From an uncultured Methanosarcinales archaeon (GTDB lineage: Archaea; Nanobdellota; Nanobdellia; Woesearchaeales; CALCXY01), in the NCBI GenBank assembly GCA_964385185.1, contig CAYLOA010000009.1, positions 1 to 40,363 of the forward strand: a stretch of 40,363 bases of DNA, given 5' to 3'. The stretch's first letter is position 1. Every line of letters begins with the position of its first letter. Shown in pieces: positions 27,901 through 37,150 of the stretch. The position numbers and the translations under genes were made by a program. The notes under the pieces are model-generated. The model was not told the origin of the DNA. It worked only from the letters and a program-made list of their open reading frames with translations, and did no database searches.

Positions 27901-30900
27901 ACTGTTATTTAATGCACCAAACTCAACAGTAAGTAGTAATAATGTTACAGTTGTTGCATTTTCTCAAGGAATTTCAATAAGTACTCCTTCAAATTTTTCT
28001 ATAATCCATGATAATAATGTTTCAATTTATGAAACTCTTGGAAGTCAAGGAGGTGATGGAATATATGTGGGCTCATTTTACAGCAATGTTAGCCACAACA
28101 GGGTATATGCCAATGGAACTTGGGGTGATGGAATTGTCTTGATATCAGGATCTCAATTTAATAATGTTACTGATAATTCTATATATTCACAAAACGGAAC
28201 AGGTATTTGGCTTGATGAGAGTAATAATTATAATTATATTTATAATAATGTAATCAATACCTCTTATGAGTATTCTGAAGGTATATTAGTTGAAGATGGA
28301 TCTGAATTTAATATTATTTCTTTTAATAAAATTAATACAAGTGGTTTAAGAGGATATGGAATTTTTGTTGATGATGCTGCAGATAATAATATATTTTTTA
28401 ACAATACCATCTATACTACAGGAGAAAGAGGGTATCCAATATTTGAAGATGATAGTTTTTATAATAACTATACTTATAATTTTATGAATAGTTCAGGAGC
28501 AAGCAGCTTTGTCATAATTCAACAAGGAGATCATGCAATAGTTGATAATAATATTATAATTTCTTCTGGAAATAGTGCTTATGGATTATTTTTTTATGAA
28601 TACGATTATGTAAATATTAGTAATAATATTATTACCACAAGTGGATCTTATGGATATGGTATTTATCAAGAACTTTCTGAAAATAATAATATTAGTAATA
28701 ATTTTATAAATACAACTGGAAGTGATGGAGTAGGAATTAGGTTATGGAATAGTAATAGTTCCTTTATACAAAACAATACTATCAATACTACTGAAGCTGG
28801 AGGATTTGGATATTATCCATTACAAAGATCTCAAAGGAATATTTTTGTGAATAATACTATTCTAGGAACTGGAGATGATGCGATTTATTTCTGGGTTCAA
28901 GTTGGAGCTAATTTATACTTATTAGATAATAATATTAGTAATAATAAATTGTCAAATATTAAGGAACAAGACCTTAATATTATCTATGCACATGCCAATG
29001 GCACCTATTTAATCGATCAAGAGATAAGAAATTATACTATAAATTCAAGTTTAGTGTATATTAAAAATAATTCAGCTGGAGAGATATTTTATCTAGAAGC
29101 AATTGATCAAGCCGGAGAAAATTTATCAGTAGATATTAAAATATCTAATAATTTAGTGACTGTTAATTCATCTCAATCTGGATTAAATAAATCTGCAGAT
29201 ATTTCTTTATATGGAATAACCCTAAACAATCCTAAAATTCAATTTAATACTAATGGTTCATTTGTAGATTGTACCTCAACAAGTGATCCTGTGTGTATTA
29301 ACACGAGTTATACAAATGATATTCTTTCCTTCAATGTAAGTCACTTTACTACTTATCGAGTTGTAAGTAATAATGTACCAGATGTGCAAGAATTAGTTTT
29401 GAATAGTTCGCAAGGTACTAATGATTCCTCAGAAAATTTGACATTATGGGTTAAAGCTGCACATCCTGATATTGAGGCAATGAATGCTTACATTGATTGG
29501 TATAAGAATGGTGCTAAGGAGGATAATTTAAGTGGAATCACTTTTGGAGGTTTGTCTGATAGTACCTTTACTTTAGTGCATACCTTATTTTCAGGAAACT
29601 TTACAGATGGAGATAGTTGGAATGCCTTAGTATTTGTGGGAGATGCAACTGCTAATTCATCTACAATTGAAAATATTAGTTTTAATTTTTCGGGGACTGC
29701 TCCAGTAGAAAGTACGCCTACAACGACTTGGGGGGGAGGTTCAACACCGAGTGGTGGTGGGGAAAGTGGAGGTTGGGTTGAAGCTGGTGAGCCCATTGCC
29801 ATAGATACAGAGATAGTTGCCCCTATAGTTATTTTGGAGGATTTTGATATTCCTTCAGAGGTAAGTGAACCAGACTTCGTAGGATTTGTCGATGAAGGAG
29901 AAACGAGAGTACCATCAGTTGTAGGATTACCCGTAGCAGTAGTTGCTGTTGAAGATGATATTTTTGTTGATATTCCTACCCCTCCTGAAGATATCTTCAA
30001 TTTAGAACCTGTAGTTGAGGAGGGAGAGCTTTTTATTAACGTTCCCTTGTTTGAACAGGCTGAACTTGGGACTGTTGAAGCTAGTATTGGAGAATCTGGA
30101 GAGGTTGGATCTGTCTCAGATCTTGGAATCTCGGCTTTTAGCGGATCAGCACCTATTGAAAATACAATTCAGATTGAAGCAGTTATACCCTTAGATACTA
30201 TTAGAAATACAGTTACTGATTTTAATTCATTGCAGAATTTTATTCAAGCTTTTCCCTATATAGATCCAGAGTATATTATTTCTATTCCAGAAACTGAGGA
30301 GTATAATGTCTTTAGAGATCTTGATATAGAACAGAAATTATTCTTGCTTGAATCAGTTCCTGAAAGTTATTTATCCATAATTGTGTCTAACATTGATGAT
30401 GAAGGTAGTTTGGTTTCTCAAATAAAAAATATCATTGTGATAGAGGGAGAAGAATATGAAGTTTTTGAAAAAGAAAAGAGTTTAGAAGAAATAGTTACAG
30501 AGGAAAAATATGTTATTATTGAAGGGGAAACTCATAGTGTAGAAGACATTTCTGGAACTCCAGCTGTACAATTAAATGGAAAGAGTTATTCTTTAGAGCA
30601 AAGAGAAATTGTTCAAAAGGTATTTTCTGAATCTCAGCATGTAAATATTCGTCTTCCCCTTACTCCGATAAGCAGTTTATCTTCATTTTTTCCATCCAAA
30701 AAAAAGGAATTTGGTTTAAGTTCTTTGGAACAGCAATATGAGAATTTGTTTGTTTGCGCAAAAATTCCTTATACTAATGAAATAACGGGAGCAGCTACAG
30801 TTGAACCAAGAGTTTTACCCAATCTGCAGATTGAAAGTGAACAGATTACTGATTCATTTAGTGTGGCTTGTACAGATGAAGCTGCTGAAGTTACCTTAGC

Positions 30901-33094
30901 AGTGCCAGAACGTTTTATTAATATAGATCTTCTGCGGTGTGTGGGTAATAGATGTAATCTAGAGAGGTTAGTAAAGGTAAATGAACTCTCTTGTGGAAAT
31001 GAGGTAAAGGGTGTTACTCGATCCACTCATACCTTTGAACCAAAATACTATCCATTTGCTCTTGCACCTGTACAAAAGTCATTCACCGGAACTGACAATA
31101 CCATTAGGAGTGGTAATTCACATTTTAGTGTTGATACCAAATCAGTACTATCTGTGTCTTTAAGCAAGGCTCCAAATGGCGTGCAACAACCTATTAATGA
31201 TCGAATGAAAATAGTCTCGACACCAACCGTTATCAGAGTTGCATCTGTGGAATCATCAGGACAGATTGTGTTGCCTTATGCTCCTCAGCAATATATCGAA
31301 GAAAATTCAAATGCCATTTATTACTTTAAAGATAATGAATGGAATTACTTGGGTGGAACTTTTACTGCTGGTAAAACTATGAGTGTTGAATTTGAAGATA
31401 TGAGTAAACTGGTAGAAAATGGGGAAATACTTGTTGCTGTTTTAGGAAGTATTTGTACCAACTGTGTTGAGCCTAAATTAGATAAAATATTCGTTCCACA
31501 AGTGTATACAGACAAAGCGATTGTGCTTGTGCACGGATTTGCCTCAAGTTCCAAAACATATCAGGAGATTATTGATGATATGAGGCTTACACAACAGCCG
31601 TACAAATTGTATACCTTTGATTATCCTCAGAATAGGAGCTTGGATGAAGTTGCAGTTGATTTTGCTCATCTCTTAGAGTCTAGATCTGAAGAATTTTTAG
31701 ATGTTCAAATTGTGGGACATTCCTTAGGTGGATTATTAACGCAAAGAATGCTCAAGTATACTGAAGATGAATTAAATAAAGGAAAAGAGTTTAAGTTCTT
31801 TGACAAGGTGAGTAGGGCATTTATTATTGGAGCTCCAAATCTGGGTACTCCACTTGTTGCTGATTTTGAAGGGTTATTGGATGTGTTAGCGAATAAAAAC
31901 TCTGACTTTAATATTCTGCAAATAGATGGTGTTATTCTTAATATATTGAAGAATGGTATTGTAACTCCGAGGGTGGAAGGACCTGAATACTTGGTCATGG
32001 CTGGAACACAGGATATTGGGATAAATTTACTTTTGTTTCAATCTACTACTACAGATTATTTCAATGAAGCAAATGACGGAATGGTAGCTGTGAGTTCGGC
32101 TCAACGGGTAGGTCCAAACTATGTACCTGATCTTTGTTCAGATTATTATGAAATTGCAGTTACGCATACTGATCTCTTGCATAAAGAAGGGTCTCGGAAG
32201 GTCATTGAGGGAATCATAACTCAAGAATCAGAATCGACATTACGGGCGGGAGCCATTCAATATGTAGAGTTCGATGTAGAATGTAATCCAGATGCTGTGT
32301 ATACCTTATATGGAGAGACACAGCATCAGGATAAAATTGAAGACGCAAGTTTTTGTTCTTGTGGAAATGGATTTTGTGGAGATGGTGAAGATGCTATTAG
32401 TTGTCCAGTAGATTGTGCAGGAATTTTGAATAAAGATAGTTTTTGTAGTGTTCAAGAGCCAGTCAGCATGTTGTTTGTTGTTTTAATATTGCTTATGTTG
32501 CTTTTATCTGGGATAACATTAGCTTGGAAGAAACATCATTCACCTAAGAAACTCTTTAGTATTGGAATCTTATGGTCTTTGACTATTGGATTACAAATAG
32601 GGGGAATATTTATTTGTGATAGTGTATTGAGCTATACATCCCTTGGATATCAAAATCTCACTTGGATGTTATTCTATGGTTCTCTTGCCTTGGTTGTTTT
32701 GACGTATGTTGTCAAAAAATTATCTTCTGTTTCTTTGAAAAAATATGTGTATGTGTTATCCGGAATATTAATTATTGGTAGTGTGTTGTTGTTCTCCATT
32801 CTTCCGATTAAGAGTATATTGACTATTATTGGATTGAGTGTTGCTTGTATAGTAATTACAAAGAAATTTGTTAGTAAAGTTAAGGAAATTGATTATGGGA
32901 AGAAGGATGTTAGAGATATTCCCATACAGAAAGTTAGGGTGAAAATTTCTTGGACGTTTGTTGTTTTCAAAATGAAGTATAAGTTGTTTAGATTAAAGAT
33001 TCGAGTCAAAAAAATCTTTGGATTGTATGTGAGTATAGATGATATTGAGAAGCAGATAGAGGAACGTATCCAACAACAGGAGGAAGAGGAGTGA
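24980..33094 (+). CDS. Giant (2704 aa) surface protein: parallel beta-helix, alpha/beta-hydrolase, Cys-rich repeat and C-terminal TM bundle
   Basis: Signal/lipobox LVLSS/C; Asn-rich GIxL/NNxI repeats; VLVHGF, GHSLGG, GAPNLGT, NDGMV, HTDL; CGNGFCGDGEDAISCPVDC; about 5 TM helices; many NxS/T sequons. Confidence 0.9.
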   Translation: MSKKEDKIDRHRPFSLGILLLLLSVLVLSSCTSHFGITGFVVYDEIESRDIVNISFIENIEYNLSLPRGITSLRLSGVLHGDGNAQAYLLYGETRKLALDLGEEEVDLVNISSIGEFRITGDEENISKREISIDLQYQEGSNFDTNDDGVETQGKIIDYSIETEFNWEVDESNLCTLWEVYSQEREESTYFCNGNQRCCNLRELEPSQEQWNSVLYLYEGLYDSTEHNSITSEVHYVDFDISLENPFLELHSSDSETLDGIFHDREFEFNDICEETCFMDRIDSDELFLEVVLEDAILEINQIYYTQDIERNQSVTPPQLIEDIPSLVMYKNNNMSLNLSPYFQDDSEINYTFLPIGKINLSVDGNNLHINPKPNITGTYFTFITVNDSRSIAVSNLFNITVKEEVVLNITENITQQELVVLGQPVRWVKRVDLGNKTENITINLSKDALNVSVVKVEGGERVEVEEVKIEYRGKIKTLEEYGDDREIEKIDREIDELQNEKRDNIVDNEKVRELNKEILKLKTEKDLISGAVVFEGGGKGLVTRFFEWLFVEFDADITGNVVVEIDENIQNDSSVIIEETVEEVEIEYYTEGPSSYEKILDNGKEVVISSDIHYENILAFTEVDNVDPQAINIVWVRNGSREYVEIYDKVDRDQDGYIDEVYWIVPHLSNQTYEIIIRIENAEHLDENRTYIENIYDLVSFKDGNYSTIPKDHFIRVTFERPLDRLKDITVHGKSNSTSRVEIYLNNSNDLIATIENIGEEGSYRTLLTNLEGSSSTFDLKVLDDDLDVDMIIDPSISECSDITSPGTYTVTAHLVSQLTCININADDVILDCQENEIAYNGAALESYGINITHADNVVIKNCRINQTLRTNSAYAISIVNSTRVTVQDTNIRTGAFIAYGINARNSEGINITSINYTGFDNSIYFSNVNNSVVELSNLTSYDRTGLWLTGGSYNLTIRNNYVYINDSSQTAILLFNAPNSTVSSNNVTVVAFSQGISISTPSNFSIIHDNNVSIYETLGSQGGDGIYVGSFYSNVSHNRVYANGTWGDGIVLISGSQFNNVTDNSIYSQNGTGIWLDESNNYNYIYNNVINTSYEYSEGILVEDGSEFNIISFNKINTSGLRGYGIFVDDAADNNIFFNNTIYTTGERGYPIFEDDSFYNNYTYNFMNSSGASSFVIIQQGDHAIVDNNIIISSGNSAYGLFFYEYDYVNISNNIITTSGSYGYGIYQELSENNNISNNFINTTGSDGVGIRLWNSNSSFIQNNTINTTEAGGFGYYPLQRSQRNIFVNNTILGTGDDAIYFWVQVGANLYLLDNNISNNKLSNIKEQDLNIIYAHANGTYLIDQEIRNYTINSSLVYIKNNSAGEIFYLEAIDQAGENLSVDIKISNNLVTVNSSQSGLNKSADISLYGITLNNPKIQFNTNGSFVDCTSTSDPVCINTSYTNDILSFNVSHFTTYRVVSNNVPDVQELVLNSSQGTNDSSENLTLWVKAAHPDIEAMNAYIDWYKNGAKEDNLSGITFGGLSDSTFTLVHTLFSGNFTDGDSWNALVFVGDATANSSTIENISFNFSGTAPVESTPTTTWGGGSTPSGGGESGGWVEAGEPIAIDTEIVAPIVILEDFDIPSEVSEPDFVGFVDEGETRVPSVVGLPVAVVAVEDDIFVDIPTPPEDIFNLEPVVEEGELFINVPLFEQAELGTVEASIGESGEVGSVSDLGISAFSGSAPIENTIQIEAVIPLDTIRNTVTDFNSLQNFIQAFPYIDPEYIISIPETEEYNVFRDLDIEQKLFLLESVPESYLSIIVSNIDDEGSLVSQIKNIIVIEGEEYEVFEKEKSLEEIVTEEKYVIIEGETHSVEDISGTPAVQLNGKSYSLEQREIVQKVFSESQHVNIRLPLTPISSLSSFFPSKKKEFGLSSLEQQYENLFVCAKIPYTNEITGAATVEPRVLPNLQIESEQITDSFSVACTDEAAEVTLAVPERFINIDLLRCVGNRCNLERLVKVNELSCGNEVKGVTRSTHTFEPKYYPFALAPVQKSFTGTDNTIRSGNSHFSVDTKSVLSVSLSKAPNGVQQPINDRMKIVSTPTVIRVASVESSGQIVLPYAPQQYIEENSNAIYYFKDNEWNYLGGTFTAGKTMSVEFEDMSKLVENGEILVAVLGSICTNCVEPKLDKIFVPQVYTDKAIVLVHGFASSSKTYQEIIDDMRLTQQPYKLYTFDYPQNRSLDEVAVDFAHLLESRSEEFLDVQIVGHSLGGLLTQRMLKYTEDELNKGKEFKFFDKVSRAFIIGAPNLGTPLVADFEGLLDVLANKNSDFNILQIDGVILNILKNGIVTPRVEGPEYLVMAGTQDIGINLLLFQSTTTDYFNEANDGMVAVSSAQRVGPNYVPDLCSDYYEIAVTHTDLLHKEGSRKVIEGIITQESESTLRAGAIQYVEFDVECNPDAVYTLYGETQHQDKIEDASFCSCGNGFCGDGEDAISCPVDCAGILNKDSFCSVQEPVSMLFVVLILLMLLLSGITLAWKKHHSPKKLFSIGILWSLTIGLQIGGIFICDSVLSYTSLGYQNLTWMLFYGSLALVVLTYVVKKLSSVSLKKYVYVLSGILIIGSVLLFSILPIKSILTIIGLSVACIVITKKFVSKVKEIDYGKKDVRDIPIQKVRVKISWTFVVFKMKYKLFRLKIRVKKIFGLYVSIDDIEKQIEERIQQQEEEE

Positions 33095-33492
33095 AACATG
33101 TGTTAGCTAGCGGAGTGAGTAGTGTTTTGGTAGATACACAAATATTTTCTGATAGAGTGTATACTTTCTCCGAGGCTTTGGTTGTGTATTTGCATAGAGA
33201 AGGTTTCTCGAATAGTGAGATTGGTCGGCTTTTAGGGAGGGATGGTAGGACTGTTTGGACCTTATTGAATCGTGCTGGGAAGAAGAAAGCTTCTGGACAA
33301 AAGAAAACTTTGGAAGGAACGTTTGTTCCTACTTTTGTGTTTAGGAATCGAACGTTGAGTATTATGGAATCCTTGATTGTGTATTTACGTGAAAAGTATA
33401 GTTATAGGGAAATTGGTAACTTGTTGAATAGGAATGAGAGGACTGTTTGGACTGTGTGTAAGAGAGGGATGGATAAATTAAAGAATTTTTAG
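33091..33492 (+). CDS. Tandem helix-turn-helix DNA-binding protein
   Basis: Two repeats: EALVVYL..SNSEIGRLLGRDGRTVWT and ESLIVYL..SYREIGNLLNRNERTVWT; GTGA overlap with the giant gene. Confidence 0.88.
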   Translation: MKHVLASGVSSVLVDTQIFSDRVYTFSEALVVYLHREGFSNSEIGRLLGRDGRTVWTLLNRAGKKKASGQKKTLEGTFVPTFVFRNRTLSIMESLIVYLREKYSYREIGNLLNRNERTVWTVCKRGMDKLKNF

Positions 33493-33494
33493 AA

Positions 33495-33749
33495 TTATCT
33501 AATCAATGCTCTTTCTTTAGCAATATATTCTGACCGGGAGATTTTTCCATCAAGAAATTGAACTTGGAGTGATTTCAAAGGGTCTCCTCTCGGTTCCTTT
33601 AGACAAATTGTTGAAGCAGATGATTGAGGTTTTTCAGGAATATCTTGGATTAATTCTTCTCCTACTGTCATGACTAATGCTCCCATCAAAACTGCGAAAA
33701 CGAGAAGAACAACTGTTGCCACCATAGGAGATAGTCCTTTTTTGTTCAT
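33495..33749 (-). CDS. Small archaeal pilin-like protein with C-terminal SHOCT-like motif
   Basis: MNKKG/LSPMVATVVLLVFAV class III signal; LKSLQVQFLDGKISRSEY. Confidence 0.8.
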   Translation of the reverse strand: MNKKGLSPMVATVVLLVFAVLMGALVMTVGEELIQDIPEKPQSSASTICLKEPRGDPLKSLQVQFLDGKISRSEYIAKERALIR

Positions 33750-34066
33750 TTCTCATACACCGCCTTGAGGTGCTCTCTCTGTTCAAACAATGCATATATG
33801 AATAATCCTAAGATGGTTAATTCGAAAATTCCATTGAAGTATAGAGGGAGGTGAAAGATATCTGCATGTCTTAAAATTGTGAAAAATTCTTCAATAACGA
33901 ATACCCAGACTGCAAATCCTAGTAATCTCCATGGTTTGGTAAATGTTTGGACATGATGGACCGAATAATGGATATGGAGTAATCTCTTGAAAAGTACCAA
34001 TACAATTACTACGAGCGCCAAATTATAGTAAGGTGCGATGATTCCTAAACATTCTGCAAACGTCAT
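33746..34066 (-). CDS. Small 3-TM membrane protein (paralog A)
   Basis: Three hydrophobic segments; KPWRLL...FVIEE; ATGA overlaps on both sides. Confidence 0.8.
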   Translation of the reverse strand: MTFAECLGIIAPYYNLALVVIVLVLFKRLLHIHYSVHHVQTFTKPWRLLGFAVWVFVIEEFFTILRHADIFHLPLYFNGIFELTILGLFIYALFEQREHLKAVYEK

Positions 34067-34353
34067 TGTGTTTTAACTATTATTATCTCCAATACTAGTG
34101 CGTAGATTAAAATTCCTAAAATAAAACTTGGAATTATGTGTGTGAGGAAGGGATGTGTGTAGATATTGAAAAATTTTAATGCTCCTAATACTTCCTCAAT
34201 TGTGAATAAGAATAAAACGATTAAGAGTAGTTTCCAAGGTTTGAGTCTTGCTTCTCCATGTACTAACCTCATCATATGGATGGCGTAGAACGCTGTAATA
34301 ATTGAAAGGATTGCTACAGCGGATGCAAATGTTCCTGCAAGGACTTCTACCAT
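34063..34353 (-). CDS. Small 3-TM membrane protein (paralog B)
   Basis: Three hydrophobic segments; KPWKLL...FTIEE. Confidence 0.8.
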   Translation of the reverse strand: MVEVLAGTFASAVAILSIITAFYAIHMMRLVHGEARLKPWKLLLIVLFLFTIEEVLGALKFFNIYTHPFLTHIIPSFILGILIYALVLEIIIVKTQ

Positions 34354-34424
34354 TATGGATTCTTCGCAAAGGCTCTATTTAAATGTTATTATTAATTGTG
34401 TGTGTTGTAGAATGGATGATTGAG

Positions 34425-35255
34425 TTATAATAGTTTGAAATCAACACAAATTCTGAATCTTCCCGGACCATATGCCCCACACTTTATTGTTTCGTTTATT
34501 TTAATTCTCTTTTTTGCTGTTTTTGCAGCATTTTTTGCTTTTGTTTCACCTAATTTGATGTCTTCTTCATGTTCGAAGTCATAAAAATGGACTATTGTTC
34601 CTTTTTTGGTGTGTTTCCAGATTAATGGAAGGAATGTTTCTGCTCCTTTTGGTAGAGGCATGAGAATTCGGTCGAATTTTTCCTTTAATTTTGGTAGGAT
34701 AGCAGTCACATTTCCTTTGTGTAATGTGATATTTGATAATTTATTTCTGAGGATGTTCTTTTCTCCGTATTTATGGGCTGTTGGATTAATTTCAATACCT
34801 GTGATTTTGGAAGGGTGTTTGTTTTTTGCAATGGTGCAGGCATAGGGGGCAACTCCATCAAACATTATTAGGATTTTTTCTCCTTTTCTTACTTTTTCAA
34901 AGACTCTCTTTCTCTCGGTAGCTAGTCTCGGGGAGAAATAACATTTTTCGATGTCTAATTCTAGAAATACATTGTTTTCTTTGTGGATTGTATGTTTTCT
35001 TTTTTCTCCAGCTAGGATAGTGTATTTTTGTAGTCGGAATGTGCCCGAATGTTGGGATGCTTTTTTTACTACTACGTTTATGTTTGAGTGGAGATTGAGA
35101 AGTGTGTCTGCAATTACTTTTTGTTTTGATTTCAATTCATCTGGAATTTCTAAGATGGCAATATCCCCTATCATGTCATACGATGTTCTTGCTAAAGATA
35201 GTTGTTTTGCAGAAAGTTTCTTTTTCAGAGCCTGTCTTAATGTGCTTGGCTTCAT
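34425..35255 (-). CDS. trm5: Trm5/Met-10+ family tRNA SAM-dependent enzyme (lacks the D1 domain)
   Basis: SYDMIGDIAI, YFSPRLATER, MFDGVAPY, EINP, FDRILMPLP. Taw2-like activity is not excluded. Confidence 0.82.
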   Translation of the reverse strand: MKPSTLRQALKKKLSAKQLSLARTSYDMIGDIAILEIPDELKSKQKVIADTLLNLHSNINVVVKKASQHSGTFRLQKYTILAGEKRKHTIHKENNVFLELDIEKCYFSPRLATERKRVFEKVRKGEKILIMFDGVAPYACTIAKNKHPSKITGIEINPTAHKYGEKNILRNKLSNITLHKGNVTAILPKLKEKFDRILMPLPKGAETFLPLIWKHTKKGTIVHFYDFEHEEDIKLGETKAKNAAKTAKKRIKINETIKCGAYGPGRFRICVDFKLL

Positions 35256-36118
35256 ATTGCTACCAGAATAACTCCCAATACCATTACTAATGATGCGATA
35301 ATTCTTATTCGATAATGGTGCTCATGAAATAATGCTCCTCCGATTATAGTTGAGAAAAATGCATTCATCTTAACTATGGGGAATACTAATGAGGCCTTTG
35401 CGATAGTTAGAGCGTTAAAGTATAGAAGTCTTGCCATTAAAAGGAGGACTGACATGATAATTATGAATCTTCCTGCATTTTTTACTCCGTGAATTATTCC
35501 TTTTATTCCATCGTGATATTTGTGGATTAGTAATGTGAAATTTATGGCTGTAAATCCAGAATACAGAAAGATGAATGTGTATACGTCGATGGTTGTTAAA
35601 ATAGATTTGTTGATAATGACTAATACTGATAGAAGGACCATAGCTGCAATGATGTATAGTGTATGTTTGTGAGAGATAATCTTTTTTAATGGTTCTAGGA
35701 TATGGATGGATAATTTGTTTGATTCTAAAATATAAGCTCCTATTACGATGAGTAATATTCCTCCTACATTGATGTATGATATGGTTTCTCCGAGGACTAT
35801 GAATGCAAAAATGGCTGTGAGTGCTGGACCTAGGTTTAGTAATGGAGCTGCCACTGAAACTTCAAGGTGTCTGATACCTTTGGCTTCGAAGAATAGAATT
35901 GCAGTTATGAATAATGATGCGATGTAGATAAAAATATATGATTGGAATGGGAGATTGAAATTTACTTTAGGTAAGAATACTAAGGATACAATAAATGAAA
36001 AAATGGCAAACACGGCTGAAAACTCCATGGCGTGTTCTTTCATCAGGGCTTTTTTTTCGATAACTATCATTAGACCAGATGCCAATGCAGCTCCTAATGC
36101 AAATAATATCCATGACAT
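35252..36118 (-). CDS. EamA/DMT family transporter
   Basis: About 10 TM in two repeats; VSVAAPL...LGE, GALFHE. Confidence 0.9.
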   Translation of the reverse strand: MSWILFALGAALASGLMIVIEKKALMKEHAMEFSAVFAIFSFIVSLVFLPKVNFNLPFQSYIFIYIASLFITAILFFEAKGIRHLEVSVAAPLLNLGPALTAIFAFIVLGETISYINVGGILLIVIGAYILESNKLSIHILEPLKKIISHKHTLYIIAAMVLLSVLVIINKSILTTIDVYTFIFLYSGFTAINFTLLIHKYHDGIKGIIHGVKNAGRFIIIMSVLLLMARLLYFNALTIAKASLVFPIVKMNAFFSTIIGGALFHEHHYRIRIIASLVMVLGVILVAI

Positions 36119-37149
36119 CAAAAATCACCTAATGTTTTTTGTTTTTGCTCGTCTTTCTTACTTTGTAATTTCTTAATGGTTGATAAGACTCGTTCTTCGG
36201 AAAAATCGTGCTTTTCGATTAATAATTCTTTTAATTTATCTTCCTGAATTTCCTTTATTTCTAGATGGTATTCTTTTGTGACAGGCATATCTTTGATTGT
36301 ATCAAATACTCTTTTCCAGGGCAGAGTATAAAAATCATTCCATTTTACTTCTTTGAAGAGGGTTTCAAGATCATCCTTGTGGAGTCTCACTAATTTTATG
36401 GCGTTTTTTGGGCCTATCCCTTTTATTCCTCCCTTATTGTAGTCTGTTCCTACTAACATACCTAGAGCGATAAATTGGTCTGCATTAATATCTAGATTTG
36501 AGTAGAGATCTTTCAGGAGAATTATTTCTGGCTGGATGGTTTCAAATGATGCTTTTGATGCTCTTTTTCTTTTTCCTGCTACTGATAGATTTCTTACTAG
36601 TGTTGTAGAGCCATGCATTAATGAATCGTAATCTTGGGAGACGACGGCGTATGCGTCTCCATTATGCACCATGTATGCGGCTTGAGCTTCTCCTTCTGAA
36701 GGAGCTTGGATAATAGGGAGACCTAGTGCTTGGACGAGTAGTTTTGATTCTTCGATAATTTCTTTTGTGAGTGAGACGGTTCTTGAAGCAAATTTTTTCA
36801 TAGATTCTATGTCTTCTTCTTGAACTGCAATTTTATATTGTTTTTGTGCTACTGCTTTGAGTGCTTTTCTTCTTTCACGCTCTTCTTGTTTCAGTTTTGG
36901 AGGGGTTCCGTCAAAAACAAATGCTAATTTTAGGCCTTCGTCCATCAGTTTTGTGGTACGGGCGAAGAGTCCGACCAAATGAGAGGTAATATTTCCTTTA
37001 GAATCTTGCAGAGGGGTTCCGTCTCTTGATCTTATTGTTGTGAGAAATTGATACAGTAGGTTGAAGGTGTCTACAACTAACCATTTATCTTTTAGGTCTG
37101 GTATTTTTATTTCTTTTGAAGGCACTAAGTCCTTTATTGCTAATCCCAT
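36118..37149 (-). CDS. fen: Flap endonuclease 1
   Basis: MG start, YQFLTTIR..DG, FVFDG, APSEGEAQAA, SQDYDS, GTDYN..GIGPK, C-terminal PIP box QKTLGDF. Confidence 0.97.
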   Translation of the reverse strand: MGLAIKDLVPSKEIKIPDLKDKWLVVDTFNLLYQFLTTIRSRDGTPLQDSKGNITSHLVGLFARTTKLMDEGLKLAFVFDGTPPKLKQEERERRKALKAVAQKQYKIAVQEEDIESMKKFASRTVSLTKEIIEESKLLVQALGLPIIQAPSEGEAQAAYMVHNGDAYAVVSQDYDSLMHGSTTLVRNLSVAGKRKRASKASFETIQPEIILLKDLYSNLDINADQFIALGMLVGTDYNKGGIKGIGPKNAIKLVRLHKDDLETLFKEVKWNDFYTLPWKRVFDTIKDMPVTKEYHLEIKEIQEDKLKELLIEKHDFSEERVLSTIKKLQSKKDEQKQKTLGDF

Positions 37150-37150
37150 C

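Noticed and set aside
27370..29370. Asn (AAT)-rich region as a diversity-generating retroelement target
   Set aside because: No template/variable repeat pair or reverse transcriptase in the window; Asn richness is explained by beta-helix ladders and sequons.
29488..30000. 170-aa antisense ORF and the other short antisense or overlapping ORFs in the track
   Set aside because: Shadow frames of well-supported genes with no independent motifs.
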